In this document: positions 52,134 to 64,000 of the stretch, piece after piece
Numbering within the stretch: position 1 is the stretch's first letter
Layout of the letters: every line of letters starts with the position of its first letter
Assembly (NCBI GenBank): GCA_010909165.1
Contig: MU008151.1
Location: 496,001 to 560,000 of the forward strand
Origin: Anthoceros angustus
Taxonomy: Eukaryota; Plantae; Anthocerotophyta
Length of the DNA: 64,000 bases
Direction of reading: 5' to 3'
Notes under the pieces: model-generated
What the model was told of the DNA's origin: nothing
The model's input: only the letters and a program-made list of their open reading frames with translations
Databases searched by the model: none
Program-made: the position numbers and the translations under genes

Positions 52134-52331
52134 GGCGGGCTTGGTGGACGCCACGCGCGATTCATGGATATGAAAAGGGGCTTTATGCGTTTCCTTCTTC
52201 TTTCTGTTTTCGTCATTCGTCGACAAGAGTCCGCCACAAGGAGCCCGGCTCTCAGACGCGACTCAGAAACGACTCAGACACGAGTCACGAGCGAACCAAA
52301 GAGCGAGGTGTTTGCTTGAAGGCGTTCGATC

Positions 52332-54189
<1,858 letters not shown>

Positions 54190-56179
54190 GGGAAGTGTGA
54201 TGTAAACCGGGATGTAGGTTGTCAGATGTAAACTCAGCCTTTTTAATGCGTACACTGTTTTAGCTAGAAAGCCTTGGCCCCGAGGCAGCAACCCAGGTGA
54301 TGTAACTCGAGTTCCAGCGGACATAATCGCTACAAGCTTAGTCCTCACGGTGAGGGCTTAGTCGCCATCCCTCAACGCGAACGTCTCATAACTCGAAACT
54401 TCCATAAAGAAGCAGCCCATTAGGGTCTATTAGTAGTACTACAGTGGCATCTGCAAAATCCGCCACGCTGAATTTCAATCTAGGGAATGCAAGGGAGACC
54501 TACTTGGAATAAAATGTAGTACCTTCATAAGTATGTATGAAATATTGCAGTGCAAAGGGAGTCCATCGTGATATTCAATTTTGCTTCTTCGGCCCTCTCT
54601 AATTGGGGCTACATGGGGGTGGCTATAGAGGTCCCATTAAGAGAGGTCCCCATAAAACTTTTTTCAATTTAAAAAAAGAAAATATTTTTAAATCTCAAAA
54701 AATAAGAAAAATTCAAAGTTCACATAGATAGGTTTCAATAAACCAACCCTCCCTGATTGGGAATTTTTTAAATGGGATTGTTCCCTCTTTGGGACCTTGG
54801 ATCTCACGTCCTTCAATGTACAACGTGAAAAATGGGACTTTTTCTAAATGGATACATGGGACAAATTGAAAGATTAGGTTAAAACATTCAACAGTTGCAC
54901 CTCCTTAAATGTGAATATCAATTTTTATTAAATTAATAAAAATAATATAGAATAGGAATCGAATAGGTATCAAATAGGCATAGAAAATGACAGTGAACTC
55001 TGTCGATATAAGTACATGACGATCAAGAATAGGCTTATATATGTAGAATACTACACACCAAATATTGTACTATCATAAGTGCCATAATAGAGGGAAACAC
55101 CTTCATCTTAAGTAAAGGATACAATCTGCCTTGGATAAATGTATGATATGTGAGTCCACATACAATAAATATTAATCTGTTAACTATATTATTTTTTATT
55201 TATGATAATAATAAATATAAGTATATACTTAAGTAATTAATTCTATCAAAAATCTTATTATAATTTACATAAAATATATTAAATCATATATTATTTACTT
55301 TGCTTCAATTCTTCAATCGCTGAGATGTCAGGAGCTTCCTCAATAATCCCTACAATTTCTCTTCGGCAACAAAATTCTCCCTTTGCCGCACAATCCAGCT
55401 CTCGTCAGCCACATAAGCATAAGTGAATTTCACCATTATGTGTTTCATTGGAAAGAAACTTGACATAAACAACATCACATTAATTCATCAGAATCTGATT
55501 AGAATGTGATTTTGATCTACTTTACCTCAGAATGTGTGCGGTGTCGAGACTCGGGACTCGACCTGAGACTCGCTGGCTCGGATGAGCCCCGGGGAGCGGG
55601 ATGCTGATAAGCGTGAAGGGCTCGGGCAGCTATGTCTGGGAGAAAGCGCCATTCAGCCATTCACTGCATTGGCCCATTTTGGTGCACAACTGTGTGACAT
55701 GACAACAACGACGAGGCAGCAGAGGTGCAGCACGATTCTGACATGGAGGACGAAAACCACGACGACATCGTTGCCGCGGTTGCGCTCTGTTCAAGGATGT
55801 TGTCACGCTGCATCTCAAGGTGCCATCTCATCCACCAGACAGGTGCCAGAGACAGAATCAGTGACCTATGCAGCTGCTTGGCATCCAGCAAAGCTCCCAC
55901 ACTGGCCCATGCTTGAAGGATGCAAATGCGACTTCACGCGATTTTCATAACCCTAATTCCAGCTAGCCCTGCTCATGTAACAGGAAGTCCAGACCGACAG
56001 GAATGAATGCAATGGAACCTAATTCCACCACCAGCTTTCGGAAAGACTGCGAATCATAAAACTTCCGTGCTGATTGTCGCAGGTGAAATCTAAGCTCCAA
56101 TGACCGTGATCTCCAAAAATCTGTAGGTGTGAGACAGCAGCAAGTTGTCCGAAATGTATGCAACGTGATCATCTCTTTG

Positions 56180-56530
56180 CCGAAGTGAGATTGGACAAAC
56201 GACTCCATCTTGCAGCTGTCCATGAAGCTGTTGACGGAGCCGGACGCAAACCATTCCATAAGACTCTCCTGACAGAACATCACCACCGTGTTTGAGGGTT
56301 GTATTCTGGACCAATAGAGTAAAGAGAATTCCGCTTCCCTTATCCAAACTGTATTCAAGTTCTGTCCCTTTGGCATGATCCGTGGAGTTGGCCTCCGATG
56401 CTTGAAGCTGCCTTCAAATCTTGAAACTGCAACGCAAGGACCAGCAATTAGCTCCTCGTCCTACAAAGGAGTTAGATGTACATTTGACCGACATGACAAC
56501 TCAAGTTGGGGAAACTCACCTCAGCCACAT
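56180..56530 (-). repeat. Diverged paralogous copy of the PPR gene upstream region (59850-60155)
   Basis: Shared collinear blocks ttgacggagc..gcaaaccattccat, cttatccaaactg.attcaa, ctttggcatgatccgtgg.gttggcct, tgaaactgcaa, acatttgacc..catgacaactca, aaactcacct. Confidence 0.75.
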
Positions 56531-56818
56531 GCATTACATTCTCAACAGGCACAAAAAGACAGCATGCAAAAACTTACAAATTCGTTCATCTTGCTAGGGC
56601 AAGCGGAGCCCCGATTCCTGATCTCTCTGAACCAGCCAGATCGCAAGCGAGTCCACAGGAAGCATACGCTGGCCGTGGAAGTTTCCCCCGCGCCGCTTGA
56701 TTCTGATTCTTTCAGGTATGATGAGAGGTGCAAGGATCGCTGTTAGCCATCCATGTCCATGTCTCAGTTTGGACAGGAATGGAGTTAAGCAAGCAGAGTC
56801 ACCCTGAAAGCAATATTC

Positions 56819-59723
56819 TCACGGTCGACCCTTACAACTGCAACAACCAGCTGCGAATCGATGCACACGGTACCCATCCCTTACAACGATGTCTCTCTGT
56901 TCAAGCCTTGACATGATCTCCGTGGAACTGTGGCAGTCACTGCACATGCGTAGATTCTTTGTTACTACCAGAGGTGTCCCACTCGGAGTGTTCAAGAGTC
57001 CAAAAGCCAGAGCTAGTTTCTCAGCATGCCCACAAAGCGCATCTTCCTTTTCCTTCTCACTCAGTGGCTTCAACACCAGTCTTGTGTGAGGTACATGGCC
57101 TCCCTCCTGCTTCAGACGTGCATTCGTGCTCTCCACCTTTAGCGCAATATCATGTCTCCTTTCTCCCACCGCAAATGTATGTACCTGCCTCTTCACCTCA
57201 ATGGTCGCCACTGCAGGTTTCTTGTTAGCTCCTGCTACCATTCTTTGCGTTTCAATCCTGTCTGCATCGCTCCACCTACCTGCATCTGCGTAGGCATTGG
57301 CCATGAGTACGTATGCGGAGGCCTGCTGAGGTCCAGCCTAACAATGCTTTCAAAGCACCACATCGCCCTCTTTATATCGCCGTGACTTTTGCAGGCATTC
57401 AGCAAAGACATCAAGCCCACAACATTACTTTGGCCCGCACATGATAGGAGCATATTCTCGGCCTCATCTAAATGGCCTGCACGCCCAAGAAGATCAATCA
57501 TGCAATTGTAATGCTCAGTTGTAGGTTTGATGCCATGCTGTTCAGCCATGGAATTAAAGTGCTTGCGACCCTCATGGACCAGTCCTCATGACTGCATGCT
57601 ACTAGAAGGCAAGTAAAAGTAGCATCATTAGGCTGAACACCGGCAACTAACATCTCCTCAAAACAAGCTAGTGCCTTGTGACCTTCATCACAAGTACCAT
57701 ACCCAGATATCAGGGCATTCCATGTCACCACATCCTTTGTGTTCATGCTGTCAAAAACCTGGCGTGCATCTTCCAGTTCACCACATTTTGCATACATGTC
57801 TACCAGGCAGGTGCCCACCACTATGTTATCCAGCAGTCCTCTTTCGACAATCTGTGAGTGCAGCTGCCTGCCCTTCTGTAAGGCACCAGTGCTTGCACAG
57901 GCCTTCAGAAGGCAAGCAAAAGTAACATGGTCAGCCAAAATGAGGCCCTCCTGCTCCATTTGTCCATACAACAAGCGCCTCTGGCCGAGTCCTTGCTGTG
58001 CATACCCAGCAATCAGGGCGGTCCATGTCACCACATCCTTTGCGGCCAAGCTGTCAAAAACCTGGCGTGCATCTTTCAGTTCACCACATTTTGTATACAT
58101 GTCCACCAGGCAGTTGCCCACCACTATGTCATCCAGCAGTCCTCTTCCGACAATCTGTGAGTGCAGCTGCCTGCCCTTCTGTAACGCACCAATGTTTCCA
58201 CAGGCCTTCAGAAGGCAAGAAAAAGTAACATGGTCAGCCAAAATGAGGCCCGCCTCCTCCATTTGTTCATACACACCAAGCGCCTCTTGGCTGAGTCCTT
58301 GCTGTGCATACCCAGCAATCAGGGCATTCCAAGTCACGACATCCTTTGTGTTCATGCTGTCAAAAACCTGGCGTGCATCTTCCAGTTCACCACATTTCAC
58401 ATACATGTCCACCAGGCAGGTGCCCACCACTATGTTATCCAACAGTCCTCTTTCAACAATCTGTGAGTGCAGCTGCCTGCCCTTCTGTAAGGCACCAGTG
58501 CTTGCACAGGCCTTGAGAAGGCAAGCAAAAGTAACATAGTTGGCCAAAATCAGCCCCTCCTGCTCCATTTGTGCATACACAACAAGAGCCTCATGTCCAA
58601 GGCCTTGCTGAGAATACCCAGCGATCAGCACCGTCCATGTCACCACATCCTTGGCGGCCATGCTGTCAAAAACCTCGTGTGCATCTTTCAGTTCGCCACA
58701 TTTTGCATACATGTCCACCAGGCAGCTGCCAACGAACAAGTTAGTAGGAATACCACTCTGCACCACATCATAGTGCACTCTCCTGCCAGATTCCAAGTCG
58801 GCGGCTAGTGCACAAGCTCTAAGCGCAGCAGCAAAGACATGCGCATCCGCCTTCACTCCTGACCTACGCATGTCATGGTACAGTTGTACGGCCTCCTTAG
58901 GTTTCCCATGCTTAGCATATGCAGAGATTATGGAAAACCACATGAAGGCATTTGGTTTGCCCACCGTGGTGAACACATCCATGGCCTCCTGCAGACTACC
59001 TCCACATGCATACATGCGCAAGATATGGTTCCCCAAGTATGCATCGGACTCGTACCCGAGTTTGACAGTGAGGTCATGAACTCGTCGCCCCACAACCAAA
59101 TCCTTCTTAGCTGTACACAGTTTCAGCACAGTGCAAAACAGAGACTGAGAAATTGCAGAGTCTGTCTGCGCCAGAGATTCCAGGGCTCCAACGGCCTCAG
59201 AAAGCTTCCCCCGCTCACACAACGTCCTCACGGTTACAGCCGTAACGACGCCCATGTCCGAACCTCCACGCCTGCCAGGTTCAGGCCTATCCGAAGAGCT
59301 GGACTCGGAAGGAGAGGCACCAATACCCATCTGCATATCCAAGGAAACGAGCTGCTCATCAACCCAAGCTGGCTTAAACATGTTGTCTAACCACAGCACC
59401 TCGCCAGACCCCTTACGACGGAAGTCAGGCGAACGGGAGCTCTTCTTCTCTCGTCTATTGTCCCACCACATGGCAGGGTCCAGAAAAAATTGCTGCCACA
59501 ACTGTTCCTGCTCTTGGCGACGACCATCCTTGGAAAACCCATTTCGAGCCGCACATTCTGTCGGAAGTGGAAGTGCTTGGGTCCTTACACTGCTGCACCT
59601 GGAGCCTTCGTTTGCCAGGGCTTGACTCCCTGAGATCAGGTGAGCAGGAGCTCCTCCTAGAATCCCTGTACGCACATCAATTTGCTGGGTCCAAAACGGA
59701 TCGGGCTGCCATATTGTCGTCAT
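56819..59723 (-). CDS. PLS-E-DYW:KP (GRP-terminated) PPR protein, candidate U-to-C RNA-editing factor; interrupted by single-base indels at ~57584 and ~57331
   Basis: Three overlapping ORFs (57498-59723, 57235-57549, 56819-57304) join into PLS array, P2L2S2, E1, E2, KKPAVATIEV box, GHAEKLALAFGL, KNLRMCSDCH, HRF..CSCKGRP*. Confidence 0.9.
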
Positions 59724-60464
59724 CGTTCAGGGACCCTGTCGGAAGTGAATCTAACAACCGACTATGGCAGAATGGCAGGATTGTTACTGCCACCCCGTAA
59801 GTAACTCTTGCAGTGATCAGTAACACACACTCGTCAGTAAGTGTGCATGGGGTGACTTTGCTTGACGGAGCATGAAGCAAACCATTCCATCAGAGAGAAC
59901 TCTCCTTAAAGGACAACACCAGCGTGCCATTCTGGACTGATGGAGTACAGATGACTCCGCTTGACTTATCCAAACTGGATTCAAATACAGCTCTTTGGCA
60001 TGATCCGTGGGGTTGGCCTTCAAATCTTGCAACTGCTTTCAGATTTTGAAACTGCAATGTCAGGATCAGCTACCTATTGGCTCCTCCCCCTACAAAAGCA
60101 TTAAATGCACATTTGACCAGCATGACAACTCATGTTGCTGAAACTCACCTGAGCTACAAGCTTTACACTGTCCAGCGATGAATCGATTTTCTCTCAAGAG
60201 AGGGAGAACGCTGTGGAGATCAGCAGCACTGCTTCTAACAGAGAGCTCCTGCTTTACACGCTCAGAATTCGCCCCATCCTTGTCAATCTGCCGGTCCAAA
60301 CTGGCAGCCGTGAGCAACTCAACTTCCGTCACGTCTAAAGAAGCTCCGAATCTTGCTACTTCGAACTGGTTGCACTGAAAGAAGAAGAAAAAAAAAACTG
60401 GATCTGTCCGCTATACACCTCCTCTCAAGCCGACCGAGGTCCTCAATGCGCTTTCGACATGAAC

Positions 60465-62321
60465 ATGGCGTCCCGTGTTGCGAATGGCAAGAAAGTGCAG
60501 AAGCAGGGATGGATGGAGTTTGTGGCAGCCTTGTTTCTCGTGTTCCATGATTGGGTTGTGCAGAGGCCGCACACCAGGCATCTGCCGTCGCGGCTGAAGC
60601 TGCCCTCGCTTGCCAACTTTTCTTGCATTGTGACGGGCTCTACCAGCGGCATTGGCCTGAACGTGGCATGGTTGGTGGCCTTTATGTCTTTCCTGAATTG
60701 CTGATCTTGGTGTAATGGCTCTCACGCTCGGGAGTGTTGGCAGGGAGCTGGCCAAGGCGGGGGCCGACGTCGTGATGGCTTGCCGCAACACTGCGGCTGC
60801 CGACGACCTGATCAGGGTATGGCAGAAGGAGCAGGAGGAAGCAGGTGGCGCTCCTCTGCACCTTGAAGTACTTTCCTGTCCCTCATCTTTTGCAATCCTG
60901 GGATTTGCAGCGCGTTCTTGGTGTGGTTTTGGTTTCCAGTAGTTTTCCTCATGACACCAACTAATGTGTGCCGTTGCTGATGCCGCTGCTGCTGGTGTTG
61001 GCTATGGTGTGGCAAGCAGGTGATGAAGTTGGACCTTTTGTCGTTGGCTTCTGTGAAGTCCTTTGCTAGAGACTGGGAGGACCAGGGACGTTCTTTGCAC
61101 CTCCTGGTTAACAATGCAGGCATCTTCTCTATGGGAGGTACTTCTCGTCCTGGTTCTTTCCCTGCTTGATGTGAGACTGCGGCCACTGTGCTGCACGTTT
61201 GCATGGTGTGCTGGAATTTCCTGATCTTTGTGCCTTTGGTGACAGTGACATAACGTGTCTCTGGCAGCCCCTGTGAAGTACTCGGGAGATGGCTTCGAGG
61301 AGCATCTTCAAGTCAACCATTTGGCACCTGCTCTCCTGTCTCTGCTGCTAATGCCATCACTGCTCAGAAGCGGTCGAGCCCGGATCGTGAATGTGAACTC
61401 TGTTGTATGTCCCTGACTTAGCAGAGTCGTGTTTTGCTCTCGGTTGCAAAACTTGTGTGTAATGCTCACGTACATAGTTTTTCCCAGATGCATAAAGTTG
61501 GGTTCAACTACACAGAAGACTTAAACTTCAGCAGCGGGCAGAGGAGATATTCAAGTACAGCAGCGTACAGCGGGAGTAAGCTATCCCAGGTTGGGCATCT
61601 ACTTAACTGTGCAACAGCTTTGCCTGAAATTGTAAGAGTGTGTAGCGGATTTGGGTTGTTTCTTGGAGAGTGACCACCTGCAGTCTGTTTCTTCTCTGCA
61701 ATGGCAGCTTCTATTCAGTCGCGTACTGCAAGGAAAACTGCAAGAATACGCTGGGGTGCACATTGTTTCGATACATCCTGGAGACGTGTTGTCCAATGTG
61801 GTCAGCTCTTTGACTATATGAATGCTGAGCAACCACCATGCTCTCACTCACTGACCGTTACCATTTCATCTGGGCAGATCCGAACTCTGCCAAGGGTGTT
61901 CCAGTTATCTACTCGGTTGCTGGGTCCCATATTTCTGTTCAGTCCCGCTGAAGGTCTTATGTACTACATGTTTTCACTGTAGCAGCGTCGTTGCCTGTTT
62001 ATATGTCATCTCTGGAACTCTGCAGCTGTGGCTGCCATGGAGCTGCGACATTAACTCATTATTCCATTTCACTTTCTTGCAGGAGCCAGAAGTGTTCTCT
62101 TCTGTTGCACGGATGGCCAAGTGGAGGAGTATGTGCACACTCTGAGAAAACTTGATTTTCCCTACGCTCCTTATTACTCGTATTCTTGCCGGCCAGCAAC
62201 TCCTGGCCGATATGCAAGGGATAAAGAAGCCTCTCTCGAAGTATGGGACCGGACTTTGGAGATGCTTAATCTCACAGAAAGTGATGTCCAGTTATTGTTG
62301 ACAGGCAATGCCTGCTCGTAG
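60465..62321 (+). CDS. Short-chain dehydrogenase/reductase, FOREVER YOUNG-like (multi-exon)
   Basis: GWMEF, CIVTGSTSGIG (TGxxxGxG), LVNNAGIF, QVNHLAPALLSLLL, YSGSK (YxxxK), FSPAEGARS, CRPA.P, VWDRTLEM; follows the Arabidopsis FEY layout. Confidence 0.88.
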
Positions 62322-62517
62322 TGACGAACCAATGCATTCTTATTCTTTGCACAGATCCCTGGTTTCGGGTCTGTCGCACCAACGGTTTTCAGTTAACCAG
62401 ATATATTAGGCTGAGTACTTTTACACGAGATGTAGATACAAAATTGCCAGGTCCAAGAAGTTGGTCAATCTTCGACATTGTTCAGAGGAACCATACGGAC
62501 AACCAACTCTCGACTAC

Positions 62518-63661
<1,144 letters not shown>

Positions 63662-63777
63662 TCAACAGCGGCAGCTGGGAACAGTGTCGGATGCCTCTGC
63701 CGCTACGCTCCGCGCAGAGACCGCAGCAAGGGCGGCTATGGCGGACGCCCAATGCTGTCCAAGCCGAAAGGAAAAGC

Positions 63778-63894
63778 GCGGGAGATGTCCTTTCCCGCCA
63801 GGTTTGCTAGAGAAGAGTTTAGGGCTATGTACCTCCATTAACTTCTTACGTAATTTATGTTCAGACTCGGGAAAAATTAGGGGAAAATTGGCGG
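63778..63894. promoter_or_regulatory. E2F-binding sites upstream of PCNA
   Basis: TTTCCCGC at 63791-63798 (canonical), GCGGGAGA at 63778-63785 (inverted variant) and ATTGGCGG at 63887-63894, 130-245 bp upstream of the ATG. E2F control of plant PCNA promoters is established. Confidence 0.7.
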
Positions 63895-64000
63895 TATCGT
63901 TGGGTGCCAAAGCTCCCTACTCTTGGAACGGGACCTAGATGGGGGGCCTAGCAGGATGCCTATGGTGCTGGTTCTAGTAGCCTGGAGATTCTATTGACCT

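Overview
Eukaryotic nuclear DNA from a seed-free land plant, most likely a hornwort (Anthoceros-like). This is inferred from the compact genes with ~80-130 nt introns, a GRP-ending DYW:KP PPR gene and a flagellum-type gene. Housekeeping genes: VTE3 last exon, a 5-KH RNA-binding protein, PYRB, GLYK, alpha-SNAP, a GTE1-like bromodomain/ET protein, COX5C, an intronless GH2 beta-galactosidase, an intronless CTC1, RPT3, a FEY-like SDR and PCNA. Two PLS-class PPR RNA-editing-factor genes share an N-terminal module. The one at 56.8-59.7 kb carries an OSB-type PDF (ssDNA-binding-like) motif and a DYW:KP/GRP deaminase-family domain, making it a candidate reverse U-to-C editing factor. It is split only by homopolymer indels. 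The one at 0.7-3.5 kb has the PDF motif internally deleted and a WW-type C-terminus truncated before the catalytic motifs. Accessory DNA includes tail-to-tail CRE-like non-LTR retrotransposons (7.3-15.9 kb, with staggered internal duplications), a TA-flanked MITE inside a minisatellite, an AT-rich island with an OTU protease ORF and a broken RING-H2, a probable SPATA4-JHY ciliary fusion gene, tRNA-derived relics, several hairpins and tandem arrays. All calls are by manual reading and recalled motifs; no searches were run.
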